A DNA stretch of 61,134 nt, filler included, from Sluysia triapertura (lineage: Eukaryota): NCBI GenBank assembly GCA_046118255.1. It is 5 parts of 5 records of this genome, joined end to end, with 100 filler letters (N's around TTAATTAATTAA, not from the genome) between each part and the next. Parts side by side here need not be neighbours in the genome. Positions count along the whole stretch, not along the records: positions 37,237 to 48,304 come from JBJNIA010189375.1; positions 48,405 to 61,134 come from JBJNIA010085693.1; 3 more parts are not named here. One strand, written 5' to 3'. The translations under genes were made by a program, and so were the position numbers. Positions 37,340 through 50,874 of this stretch are shown here, one piece after another. Each line of letters begins with the position of its first letter. The first letter of the stretch is position 1. The notes beneath the pieces were generated by a model. The model did no database searches. It had not been told where the DNA came from and saw only the letters and a list, made by a program, of their open reading frames with translations.

Positions 37340-38071
37340 TTTAAAATCAACGACATAATTTTTAAGAATTTTTATAGCTGCCAATTGTATTGAAGTTTTC
37401 TTAAATTGATAAATTCGAGCTTCACCATCAGATGATCGAATAACTTTAATAGTTAACGTTTCTGGTGCCATTTCTTTTAGTACAATTAATACTATTCCCA
37501 AATAATGCACCAATAATAAAGAATCGGTCATTCTACTGGCCAATTGAACTGCCGATTGATAAGACAAAACAAAAGACAATGTAGTGGCAGTGGAGCGCTG
37601 TGAATGTCGACCAGTTGAGGATGGTTCTAATAATCTTATACCGTAAAATAACCAAAATACAACGGTAATGATGAATGTAAGAAATAGTAGAAATGATCGT
37701 AGGAATGTAAGTCGTGGTAAATTATTTGTATAATAGTATGGAATATTGTTATTTTTCGTTGTATTGAAATGTGGTAATTTATTACCATTGGATAAACCAG
37801 CAGTTGTGTCTCGTCGCATACGACTATTATTAATACAACAACACGAACAGAAGTAACTGTAAGATTTGGTGTGAAAACAAAAAGATTTGGCTTGTTGAGA
37901 AGCATTATTATTAGCTAAAACGGTGTTTGAACATGCTAATGATTTTCGTAGACCACAATCGAAATTATTTCTAAGAAATGTCAGATATGTAGCAGCACCG
38001 ACCAATATCAGTTTGGCTGTAAGAGCAATTAACTGTGATTCGCAATCGATGTCACAAATTACGTTTTTCCA
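37340..38071 (-). CDS. vangl: Van Gogh/Strabismus (Vangl) exon, 244 codons
   Basis: WKNVICDIDCESQLIALTAKL...LPRLTFLR...FWLFYGIRLL...DSLLLVHYLGIVL...KVIRSSDGEARIY...SIQLAAIKILKNYVVDF. tag/gtaggt splice sites, phase 0. Confidence 0.93.
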
Positions 38072-40699
38072 CTAAAACATAAAGAAAATACTATGTTATT
38101 GTTAATAAATAAACAAAATTTTCAAAAATGTTTACTGTACTAAATAAAATTTTTGTCATCATGAAACGAATGTACAACAATATAGTTTAATCACTTAATC
38201 GAAAATACAATAGTAAGACTATTAAAGAATGGCATTAGAGACACATATGCTTAATCGTTTGATGTTAAGAGTTTTATAAACTATTTGAAAACTATCTTTT
38301 CTCATAATATCAACAAAGATTTATCACCACAAATCAAAAGAGAATTGATATGTTCTATTGAAGCAGCCTTCTGTGAAAATTAGGTGTTCTAAAAATACGT
38401 AAAATGTATTTATTATAACAATAATGATAATGATAATAATATTAATTCTAAATTTATTTAATTCAAATAGCACACATTATAAATAAATTAAGAAAAAGTT
38501 TTACAAGTTTCTTATTAATTTCTTGCACCAATGCAAATAATACAACAAAAGAACATTGTGAGTTCCTCAAAATCATCTTGAAAAGTATTAAAAGAATGGT
38601 GAGAGGCAAAATTTCATTTTTTGATATTTTTATATGAAATGAAATTTTGAAAATACATTTTTTTATAGTTAAGCTATATATTTTTAATACGTGTATAACA
38701 AAAAAATCCGTTTGAAATAAAATAAAAATACAAAATGAACATCTAAAATAACTTGCAACATTCCAAAGTAAGAACGGCAGATAAATATACGGTTTTTGTA
38801 AAATGGAAATGAAAAAATAAATACTAACAAAGACAAACCAATACATAATCATTAAATAAATGCAGATGAAATTATTTTAAAATAGAATTCAAAACATCAT
38901 TGAAAACAATTATAAAACTGTAAGTTTTTGCTGATAAAAAACAAAATATTATATTAATTATAAAATATTTGATATTGTTGTAAATCTGATAATCAAACTT
39001 TTAGAAAACTGATTTTACAAAAACTATTTGATGTTATCGTTAAACAAATGTTACTGTAACTAGAATAATTAATGTTTTTAAAATTGTGTTCACTGTTTGA
39101 TATGTTTTGAATATTGAAATTTGAGACTGAATTTTAAAATTCAATTATACAATTCCCATTTTCATCTCCACTATCAGAGACAAATTCAGAACTAATACCG
39201 CGCGATGTAGAGTGAAAGTAAAAAATTATTTTCAATAATAAATACTTTTTTTTAATTTTAATTTAAATTATTTATTACAAATCAAATTAATATTTTCTTT
39301 AAATTGTTATAGAGACTCTCACAGACATTTTAAATTAAATTTATTTTAAAATTTTCAATTTTTATTAATGTTATTAATTGATATTGCATTTATAAATTAT
39401 AAAGTTAAATTATAATTAATAATAAATAAATAATGTAAAAAAAGTTAAATAATGATAGAAATTATTTATTTTTATTAAAAGAATAAATTTCAAAAATATA
39501 AAGTTATGATTATAATTATTATATTAAAAGTATTAATTATTGTTATTGATTTATGTTTTTAGTAAATAAAAATATTTCAATTTAAATTGATATTAAATAC
39601 ATTAATTTGATGTTTGTAATTAAAATATTATGAAAATTTAAAAATCTAATATGATACAATCAGGAAAATAAATATATTAAAAGTAAAAAATATGTTCCAT
39701 TTAGTTATTGCAATTATTAGAGAATACGTTAGTGAGTTACATACATTTACTAATGTTTTTTTAACTTAATTTTATATTTACTAATTATTACTAATCAAAA
39801 ACTTTAAAAATTACACAATCAAAATATCCTAAGAGTATTATTATAAAATCTTCATCGTTAGAGAGTCGCCGTTTAATAGAAATAGTAGTCAGAAAACAAA
39901 TTAACTAATAAATAAACTAATCCATTTTGATGAAAAAGAATTATCACAGAGTATTTCTTATAAAATGTGGCTAAAGTGTCGTTATGATTGAAGTAAATTA
40001 ATTTTTAATGAGCACTGTCAAATGTTAATATATAAAAAAATTAATAGGAAACAAATATTTCAAAACATTGTAAAGAAAGAACCATTAAAAATCTTGAAAC
40101 ATGAAAAATATAAATACAAAGTCATGAATAAATGGATAACAATAATTTTCGGAATTACTGCAAATCGTACCGATATTACTTCACTGAGAAAATTAAAAAT
40201 GGTATAAAATAATAATAATATTAATAATAATAATAATAAAGTTACAATTCATATTATCATATCAAAATACAATGATTTTATTTATATCCATAGAAATTAA
40301 AATAAGCTTAAAATATTGAATTAAAAATTTAAGATAACATCCGATAAAAAGGTAGCTAAAATACACAAAATGAATAATATTACCAATAAATTAAAATAGT
40401 CTTATTTAAAATGAATTCTTAGCTAATTTCAACCATGTATTCAGATGTTCGAATAAAAACATTGGAGTTGGTTAGTTCGAATAATTTACTCTAGATACAT
40501 TCATAAAGTACTTTTTCCAGGGTTTTCCAGGGTCTCGAAAAACTTTACTGTTTCTTACGGAATGGCTGCTGAACGTTTTTATCGGTCACAATTTTACTTT
40601 TACTTCAGTTTTAATACCATCCTTATCCAAAAACTCGACTTAAGTAAATACAAGTCCATATTTATCTACAATAATTGATAACTCCGAATTTTGAATTCT

Positions 40700-41170
40700 G
40701 TCTAACATATTTTTAATCTAAATAACTCTAGCGCAGCCATTCGATCGAAAACGACCTCAATCAGAAAATAAATGATCCTGGTAATAAATAGAATAACTGA
40801 TCCTTGCTTATGTCAGAGTTTTACACTTCATTATATTAATTTATACAAAAGGTGTATAGAAAAACAAAGACCACAAACTATTGTACAAAGTGTTGTAAAT
40901 ATGTTTGCCGAAACTGCTTCGAATGATATCATACACGCTGAAATATCAAGTGGATAGTATGTATTATAGAAGTTAAATTTTTGTGACTGTTTTACTGTAT
41001 ATTTGTCTCCAATTTGATTGTTTTTGCAGGTTTTTTTAGTGTAACATGTTGAAGAATAATTCTATGTTTTTATGTCGTGTATGACTGAATTGTGTCTTTT
41101 ACACGGTATTGTGCACGTTCTGCTCGAAGAGAATTACAAATTGGCGTATCACATGCCATGTGCTGCTTAA
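40700..41170 (+). mobile_element. piggyBac relic
   Basis: CRD DNA shared with ~3320-3370. Ends near ...GCTGC followed by TTAA. Boundaries approximate. Confidence 0.5.
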
Positions 41171-43935
41171 TTTCTTAGCCACTAGTAATCTATGAAATCG
41201 TTCACCTGAATTTGGCAAAAACAATCTGACTGCCATAGAGTTAAATATTTTTCGTTTTTGAGAATATGAAATTTTCGTCCAAATAAATTACACCTTTTCT
41301 ACATCCGATTCGTTAATTCCGAAAATATTGTTAAATGACATTCCTTTAATTGTCCATCCTTTGTTTAAAATACTATTTTGTTTTTTCTAATCCCATCGAG
41401 TTCCAATTAACACTACAGATTTTCTAATCAATTGTTTCAAATTATTGAAATTCTTCCAAGGTATCGGAAACACAGTATCGTTTGTAACGTCAAGTTTTAA
41501 TTATACAAATTTCAATGTAATTCTGCATAATATTTATTTCATAGATACTACTGAAAATAAAAGGTCAAATGGTACGAAAATTAATTAAACTAAAAACATT
41601 TTCATACTCATAATCGGAGAAATATTTTCCTAAATAATAGTCAAATATATTAAAATTAATAATAACTTCACATATCGTGGCACATAAACTAGAGAAACAC
41701 ACAATCAAAATATTATTAAAATTGATAATATAAAAATTATTTCTGTACCTCAATGAAACAAGCAATTCTGCACAATGACAATGTAAACTTAACAACTAAA
41801 ACAGGCATGCATTATTGTGGTATGATTAAATCCTAGTGAGTTTTGATTTAGACATGCAGACTTAATATTTTTTCAATTATAACATAAATTAATTATTATA
41901 TATTAAAAAAAGAAAATAAGAAAATATTTCTAACATAAAGTACACAGCTTATAAAATTAATTTTACTGTAAATATAAAATTCTTTTTAAATATTTTCCTT
42001 AACAACACTGAACACGTTTTATATTTAGTTTTAATTAAAATTAAAAAAAATTAATGAAAAAAAAACTTTAAATAAAGTATTCAATTGTGATATTGTTTTT
42101 AGGAAAAAAGTTTTAAAAAAAACGAAATTATATTAAAAATATTTATTTTAAAATTTAATAAGGAAAAAAAAACGATTATTTTTTTAGAAAAAGAAACAAT
42201 ATGAAATATAAAATAAAACAAATAAGTTGTTCTATTTTTATTTACAAAAATTATTTTCTAAACATGTGCTTGCTTTTCGTTGTATAATAACAACAATATT
42301 AATAATAATAATAATAATGATTATATTAAAAATAATAAATTGATGATGATAATAATAACAATAATAAAACTATGATTATATTTAAGAATTAAAATATATG
42401 AAATTGCTTTATTTACACAAATTTTTAAAAATTTCATTGTATTTTTTTAATACTATTTCTTATCTTAAAAAATTAGTATTTTATTGAGGACAAAGAATTT
42501 ACTAAAAGATATATGTAACAATAATTTTTACCTAAACTTGTACTTTTGTGTTTTCATTTTCTTTAACGTGCAAATTTTGCTTAATATAATAATAATAATA
42601 ATTATTATTATTATTATAATAAATTATATAATATTTTAATAATTAATTAAATTTATATATAATATTCATTAATAAAACTTTTGAATTAATAATTTTAAAT
42701 TCCTTTAAATCAAATGCTATGTCAAAAAATAAAACCATTTCTCAATTATGAAATTATATCATTGTTTATATTTTTTTAAAATTGAATTAAATTTTTCAAT
42801 AATTTTAAATTTTTAAAATTCAATTTTATATATTTCTATTTTAAAAATTAATACGACCATAGGAAAAAAGCGAAAAAAAAATTATATAAAGTAGTCAGAC
42901 ATAAATATGTAATATTAAAACAACAAGCTATTTATATTTGTATTAAAATAGATAAAAATAAATCAATGTTTTTGTTTCCACTTTTACCTTAAATATTTAT
43001 TTTATTAATTTAATTTTTGATTAATTTAATTTAATTTCCCAACTAATATCGTTACAAAGTTTTAAATTGTGCTAGAAGAAATGTTCACCGTTGATGTCAT
43101 TTATGATACCATTTAATTATATATTAAACAAATCATAAGTTTAACAATGTATGGGAAACTGAGAAATATAAAAATACATGTACTCAAAAATAATCATCGT
43201 CGATAATTTTTTAAATTTCATTTCTGTTAAAATAATTTCGAAATAATATGACGTCGAAATATTTGAACAAAATATTATTTTAAATTTTAAATAAAATAAC
43301 AAACAATATTATTTTTTGCTAAAACGTTTTCTAACCTTTTTGTAAATAAACAACAATGTATCATTTAATAGTCAAAAGTGATGTACATTTTATTTGAAAT
43401 AAAACTTAATTTTATAAAGCTTTTTCAATTTTACATCTTCGACCATATGTAAACATTTGAATATTAAATTTATTTAATTATCAATTAATTAATTATTATC
43501 ATTTAATTAAATTTATCTAAATATACCTTAAAAAGAAACTTTATTATAATTATTTTATTAGGTTCTGAAAAAGTTCTTGACATAGAAAGACACGTTATGC
43601 CAAATCCATCCTAATGACAAGATGTTGCTCCATCTAAGTCGTACATGATTTACATAAAATGTTTTCAATACACTGACACCTCATTATACCGAATACAAAC
43701 TGCATTACATTATTCTATTTCCATTCTCACAAACGCTTTTCTTTACATCAAATCCACTGCACACATAATCATTTCATTACAATTAATATAAATCACAAAT
43801 TTGAAACCACAAAATTTTACAATAAAATCAACCAAACCAAAATTATAAGATATATAAGTTTCCATTCGTTTAATAATTTCACAACGAACATCTAGATCAC
43901 ACATTTCAATCAATATTTTCATTTTCGTATCTTTA

Positions 43936-45100
43936 ATGGGTTTTATAGAATCTGAATCTAGAAATTACAATTATGACATTAATTGGTCAATTGATAATCA
44001 AGATTGTCTTATTCGAGTATTACAAGACTAACACGAAGAATATACATTATCTATGATTTTAAGTTAAGTTTTATCTCTAAATTATATTTGAAAGAGTATT
44101 CTCCAGTTTATGCACCCATGTTAGACGTGTCTCAATACAGCGATCCATTTTTGGATTTTTTAAACAAAATTTATGTTATTACTTACTAAAAGTCACATTC
44201 GTTCATCTAATTTGTATCATGTATTTATCTAATTATAGTGATCGAAGTTCGATATCTCGATCAAGGCACTTCCTCGATTTCAAAACAATACTAGTGAATT
44301 AGCATCTATGTAGTGCTAACTTCATAAAACCTGAAGTTACTTCGGTCTTAATAGATCATGATGTAATGACTTTAGATAGTATTGGTTTTGATTTTTATTG
44401 TCACTTATCAGAGATGATTTATTTGAAATGACATTTTCAAAAATTAGAATATTAAATAATTTAAATATTTAAAAGATTTTGTTTTCCATCCGAAAGTCCT
44501 ATCGGACGAGAGATATATGTAATATGGAAAAGATTAGGTCAGAAATTAAATCAATTTGTAACAAAAGAATTTTGTTTAAACATGAAGCTTGTTAGGCCTT
44601 ATGTTTAATTTCTTAAATCTTAAAAGCAATTGGCAGTAAAAAATGGTTTCTATAATTGAAGATAAAAAGGTATATATTCATAATGCTCAATAAAATGAAT
44701 TACAAACGACCACCGAAACATTAGCTTTATCTATGGAAGCATTTAAGAATCGAACTACAACAATAACAAATTTAAACTTGTGTAAAATCTACAGAATTTG
44801 TCCTAAGCTTTGTAGGAAGTAGTCATGAAATTCAACTTTCGAATAAAGACAAAATCGATATTTTCCCAAATAGCATTTGATTTTGCCTCCCTGATAAAAA
44901 TGAATGATATTGTAGAAACATGTGATCAGAAAATAATATAGTTCAAATAATGTGTTTGAATGGTTGGATGAAATGAATGGTGATGATATACCACTTTGAA
45001 ACCCAATATGGAAGTTATTTTTAAATTTGAAATTCGACAAAATGAATTGGCCAGAACTACATATGAATCAAATCGAAGAACTCTTAAATTGATACGGTCT
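43936..45100 (+). pseudogene. Intronless BTB/POZ-BACK protein, possibly with an N-terminal MATH domain (SPOP-like); frameshifted
   Basis: Stitched frames: IIEDKKVYIHN...EFVLSFV...IAFDFASLIKMNDIVETCDQKII / SSNNVFEWLDEM fit the BTB and BACK patterns. YDINWSIDN near the start is MATH-like. Confidence 0.5.
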
Positions 45101-45406
45101 CGAGGAGCAAAATTATGTACATCTGCAGATAAACTGGACTCTGAAGCTTGTATGGATATGGATCATTATTTTAAGTATGTCATTTTTTATTTGTTTCGAT
45201 GTTTGTTAGTGATTCTTAGGATTGTTAGTGATTCTTAGGATTGTTAGTGATCTATAATTTTGATTTAGTCTAAAGTCTTAAATTTTTGTTTTTGTTATAA
45301 ATTTTTAATAGAAGAACGCGTATCTTATTATTTTGTTTTGTGTTGTATTTTAATAATGTTTTCGTAAAGAATCTTAATTTTATAAATAATTTTAATAAAC
45401 AATTGC

Positions 45407-46036
45407 CTAAATTAGTTTCAACACCTTAAGCGATTTTATTAACCGTTTGATTCGAATAAATATTAGTTTAATCCATAGACTAAATGCCTCATGTTTCAAA
45501 TTGAAAATCCTTTCAACAGTTCGAGACAGACAGTAATTTGACGAATTATAAATGTAATGGTACAGAAATTTGCAATAACATTCTGCAAACACTTTTAGAA
45601 AAGTTATATTGAATATTCATGAAGCAAATTACACATTTTCTGTATTGACTTAATTTTTAACATTTAGTCAGTGTAATTGTTGTCAGTAAATTTCAGACAA
45701 TACCACTGATTTTCATACCTCTTATTAAAGCAGCCATTTTTATCTGCAGCAACTATTTTGTTAAAGAAAAATTCAATATTCAATTTGGACAATAAAGAAG
45801 TTACAAGTGACACTTACTGCAATTTAGCATTTAATGATTTTTAATGATTCCAAACGTTATTCTTTCTAAGTATTATAAATAATTCTCCATTTGAATGTAT
45901 TTGAAGTGTGTTCATATCATCAAGGTATAAATCTATCATGCAAGTCCTGATTTAGAGTTGTTCAATAACTTAGAGTCTCTGAATAAGTTTCTGAAATTTT
46001 ATTGAAACATTCAACACCGAATAGGAACTTTATCAT
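45407..46036 (-). pseudogene. Intronless ORF with a degenerate RING-like finger
   Basis: KCVICFMNIQYNF / VFAECYCKFLYH...YCL across one frameshift. Confidence 0.4.
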
Positions 46037-46399
46037 AAATTTTATAAAAATTATAAAATAAATTTACTTTTCAAATTTAAATCTATACGATTTTGTTAAA
46101 ATTGATCAATTCTATCTAGAAATATTGAGTAGAAACATTTTTTCAAACAAAATAAATTTAATGAAATATTTATTATAACATTATTTATTATTCAGATTAT
46201 TTTTTTATTGATTTAATTCTTTTATTAAATATTAGTGGCAAAAGTTAATAATTATGAGCAATATATTGTTTTGAAGTATTAAAATGTATATTAAAAACAT
46301 GTCTAAAAATTGGACAAACATAAAAATTTTGTTTCAATATGTTTAATAATAATAATAATAATAATAAATCATTGTTAACAAATCATGATCAAAATAATA

Positions 46400-47990
46400 A
46401 TTCAGAATCTTTGAATAATATACATCATTTTGCTGTATACATTGTAACTTCCAAAGAAGCACCTTTTTGGCTATTCATCATTAAAATTAAAATCAAATGA
46501 TAATCTGTCATTTGATGACGAAAAATTTAAAAAACAACTATTGGATATTCACACAAAAAAAAGAAGAATTCACAATAAAACACAAATCTATATAAGCATA
46601 TCTTTAACATAGATGATAATGATGAAAGCCATTATTGATTAAAGATTTGGGGTGTTGATGTATTCGTTTATTATTTGATCGACATCAACATAAATTTTAT
46701 TAATATTATTTAGTTTAAATTCGTTTATATTTCTATTACAAGCATTAACTTTCAAATCATTATACCATTTTTTTAACAGAAGATTACAAAATTTAAAAAA
46801 AAGAAACTCATGAATGAAAATTTATTATTATTTATAAAAACTAAGAAAATGTATTTTGATGCTATATTCCTATTCTGGCTACAGAGTCCTGTCCTTGAGC
46901 AAATATCTAAAATGAAATGTGAATTCAAATTATAGAAGGAATACATAATAAAAATAATTACATCTTGGTGCTTGGAAGGCCGATGGATAACTATTCTAGT
47001 AGAATAATTATTATTTGTCCAATAAAAATTTGAGTGCCATACTAAAGTCGTGCCATCGATACTCGCTTTATTGTCATTATCACGACTCTGCAAAGTTTGT
47101 AAAATTGCCGATGTTACCTTTTGATCCTGGGGCAGCACACAATTAGCATACTCAGTTTGACTTGAATTAACTTTAATATTTGTCTTGTACTACCAAAATT
47201 CTGATGTATCTATTGATTTTAAGATCGATCCATAATTATGAACATGAAATTAATGATTATATTGTCATCCTCGAGATGAATAAGGTAACTTGTCGAATGC
47301 TGGATAGAATTACTACAAACATTTGTATCTTCCTTCATATTTAATGTAAAATAAAATAAATAATTGCCAAACAGTATTAATGATTCATTCTGAAAAGAAG
47401 TGAAATAATGGAATAAATATACATCATATGCTAAAATATTATGTCATACTACATAGTTTAAGTTTTCTTTGTTACAGCCGTAGTACTTAAGAAAATCGAT
47501 TAAGAAAATCATGATTCTATTGAACTTATTCATTCGGATTAGTGTAATTTTACATCTTTGTTCATTAAACATATTCTCTTCAAGTAATTGAGAATTAAAA
47601 AACATAATATATTTCATTGAAACGATCGTTATTAGTAACTGAGTTTGATCTTTCATAAATGATTAATGATTATTATATACATTAATTAGATCCGTTGGTT
47701 CAAAACTATTAATTTGAATCGATTTTCTTTCATGTTCCAAAACTGAAAGCTTATATTTCCAATTATGTATAGTAATTGAACAACATAACTTCGATGGGAT
47801 ATAATGTTGTACTTCAAATAACTTTTTAATTTCCTTAACTATATGACGAAGTGGTGCAATAAATTCGATTACATAAATAAGTTTCAAATTAAGTTGTGAT
47901 CTTGTATCCGTTTGATTTTTCCTCTACTTGTACTTTTTGCTTTTATTTTGCTTTAATCTTATAAAACTAAATTGTGATTGTCGTATACCA
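46400..47990 (-). pseudogene. Long decayed intronless ORF(s) of unknown function
   Basis: Chain of same-strand ORF fragments (47663-47887, 47444-47656, 46773-47138) with coding-like complexity. Confidence 0.4.
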
Positions 47991-48021
47991 ACGCTGATAT
48001 ATAAGTTAGCTCCTATTAGTG

Positions 48022-48193
48022 GTCCAATCAGAATGACTTTCACGTGAAAAGTCAGTGTAGTACTGATTGGACGGTTAAAATTAAATTATTCTATTGTGAC
48101 GAGGCACCAAAATTTCATTTTTGATAAAATAACCACTATCAATGATGACAGCACAAAATGTGTAATAACTCAAAATGTCACCATTGATAGTGG
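48022..48193. promoter_or_regulatory. Double-hairpin CCAAT module B
   Basis: Perfect IR GTCCAATCAG/CTGATTGGAC around TGACTTT-CACGTG-AAAAGTCA. 17/18 IR CCACTATCAATGATGACA/TGTCACCATTGATAGTGG. Confidence 0.65.
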
Positions 48194-48433
48194 CAATATT
48201 TTAAACGAGTTTCGAAAATTAAAATTTTACAATTAATGACAAAAATATAATAATAACAACAATAATAATAACCGTAGCAATATTAATGTTATTATTATTG
48301 TTGTNNNNNNNNNNNNNNNNNNNNNNNNNNNNNNNNNNNNNNNNNNNNTTAATTAATTAANNNNNNNNNNNNNNNNNNNNNNNNNNNNNNNNNNNNNNNN
48401 NNNNTAGCCTAAGTTAGTAAATAAGAGATTTGA

Positions 48434-48531
48434 CCTCCATTTTTACTCTTACGATAAAATCCAACGCTTGGCCGTTAAGTCGGTAAGACCAAGACGTTGG
48501 TGAACTCACTGATATCTAAGTTTTATTCTAG
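48434..48531 (+). ncRNA. Candidate structured RNA/cis-element, copy 2
   Basis: CCAACG-CTTGG[CCG ttaagt CGG TAAGA]CCAAG-A-CGTTGG. Lies ~40 bp before a possible LTR end/PBS (AACA-TT-TGTTGGAG, ~48565-48578). Confidence 0.55.
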
Positions 48532-50231
48532 CATTAGCATACTACATATTTCTTGCAATACATTAACATTTGTTGGAGTTACAGTGACGTTGACGAACTC
48601 CTCGTTGATTTGAATTTAGACTCATTTTTAATAAATTTTTTTATAATTTTTGAAAAAAACAATATTAAAAATTTTTTTACCAAACCCAATACTAATACGA
48701 ATGCTGCCATTTTTATATTTTTCGGGTTCGCCTGCAGTCACTTATTTATATCTGAAAGGAAGACAAAGCTACAGGATTTGAATGATTGGAGGGGCATGCT
48801 CATAATCTACTAATGTCAATAAATGCAAATTTTAACAATTTTCCCTTAACTCCATATTAATTAAATTACAGGTTAGACAACAAAAATTATATATTCTCGT
48901 AATTAATTACACAATAAAAACAATTAACTAATATCAAAATGCATACAAATTAATGATGCATATCTAAGTCTTTACAGTAAAGTTAACAAAGTAAGGTGTA
49001 TGTGACTTCTTGCTATTATAATAAGGGAAAAACTATACAAATAAACTTACGGCTGCATGAAAATAAATCAGGAGAATATCCAAAGTTAGCTGATGCGGAA
49101 GCTGATTTGTCAAGACTAGTTGAACAATTGATTACGATTACAAAAACTATATTTTTATTTGTAAATATTATTATTGAAAGTTGCTCGTGTAATCCGATAA
49201 AATAATATCAATTTACTATAGTATTTCAAGAATTAAAAATTGCCTTTTTCGAAACTATATAATTTTTTACGTAATTTAATAGTAGTTTCATTTGAAATTT
49301 GATGTTTCGAAATATGCGCTTTTTAAAATTATTATTAATTAATTTTATTATTATTATTTACATAGGTCGTGACTATATTTTTAGAAATAATTAACCTTTA
49401 CAATACTAATACTAATAATAAAAGTAATAAAAGGTAAAAGATAAAAGTAATAAAAGATAGTAACAATAATAATAAAATTATAATCTTAAATTTAAGATGA
49501 TATTTGAAAATGGACATAATCATTTAGTCCATTGCAAGATTTTCAAGATTATTGTTATTGTACAAAGAAATAACAATACAACATATTAAGTAATTTAGAA
49601 ATATTGGAAGATTAATGGAATTAAAATAAACTGCAATAATAGTAACAAAACTGATAACAGCAATTGTAATTTATTTTAGGGTGTAAAATATTAGGGTTAC
49701 GAAAGATATTAATATCGTGTAAAGAAAATTTGCATTTTGAGTATGAGAATATAAAAATAAAATGATGCGTGATTGTTGATGTGATTATGATTGTAAACGT
49801 GTTATTGTTTGTGAATGGATGGTTTTTGGGTTTTGCCTCATCACAAGTATCACTATTGTTATTTCGTATTATTATTGAATAATAATAATTATTATTATTA
49901 AGCTGCTGAACTTAACTGAACTTTAGTATTAGAGCTTTAGCCTAATTTAGTTACTGTCCTACGTAAATTCCATATAATTTATAAAATCAAAATAAGTACA
50001 ATGCAAACAATGTACTTTAGGCATTTGAATAAGAAAATAATTAAATTATTAGAATAATAATTAATTAATAATTATAATAATTAATTAACCATTAATTAAG
50101 TTATTAATGATACTGAATTAAAAAGCATAGTGAGTAACAGTCTCTATCATAGGAAAATAACTTCATAATTATTTTTATTTAATTTGCGTTATGTTCGAAC
50201 ATATGAATAATTTTGTAATTTATTTTAATTA

Positions 50232-50874
50232 TTAAAAATTAACGAACTGTAATATTTGGTCCGCATATCGTTTCAAACCATATCTTTCGTAAGTTCGTAA
50301 GAAATCTGATATTGATATTGTAGGTGGAAAATGGGGTGAAGAAACATGAAGAGAAATAGCATCATTATTTCCAAGTTTGTTTAATAAAATTATTATATTT
50401 GGTGATTCTTGAATTATCCAACCTACATCATTTCTGTGATAGAAACGTTCAGATATGATTTCATTTTATTTATTAAAAACTTCTTCGCACAAGGTTCCTT
50501 TTAAAACTTTCAAATATGTATTGTTATTAAACAAATCCTTGGGTGTTGACTTAGTTCCATCTTTAAATGTCACTGTATAAATAATATAATGTTCGTTTCC
50601 TTCAATAACTCGAATAGTAAAGTTTCTACAAAGTGAAAAAAAATCATTTAAAAGTTCTGTTTAAAAATACTGTTAAGTTAAATAAATATTTTAGGGTACT
50701 AATAATGATGTAAATTTAAGTTGTAAATAATTATGTAATATATTCATATTTCTATATTGCGAATTATTCTTTTGAAAATTTTCGGTTAATTTGTGATCGA
50801 GCTCTGAATTGAGATTTATGTTGAAATTAAATTGAAATGAAACTTTATGTGTTGAAATTGAATTGCGTTTTCAT
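50232..50874 (-). pseudogene. Intronless ORF of unknown function with stops/frameshift
   Basis: About 140 codons with one stop (NDFFSLCRNFTIRVIEGNEHY...RYGLKRYADQILQFVNF). Perfect 11-bp hairpin upstream at 50954-50980. Confidence 0.45.

Noticed and set aside
38463-38852. 129-aa hydrophobic ORF as a membrane protein
   Set aside because: F/I/L/K-rich translation typical of AT-rich intron sequence, with no motif. It lies upstream of the Vangl exon, probably in an intron.
48434-48531. Known ribozyme, spliced-leader RNA or tRNA
   Set aside because: No CUGAUGA/GAAA core, no HDV P3/L3 pairing and no pistol pseudoknot. GCCGTTA resembles the planarian SL 5' end, but the rest does not and no donor or Sm site is evident. 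No B box.
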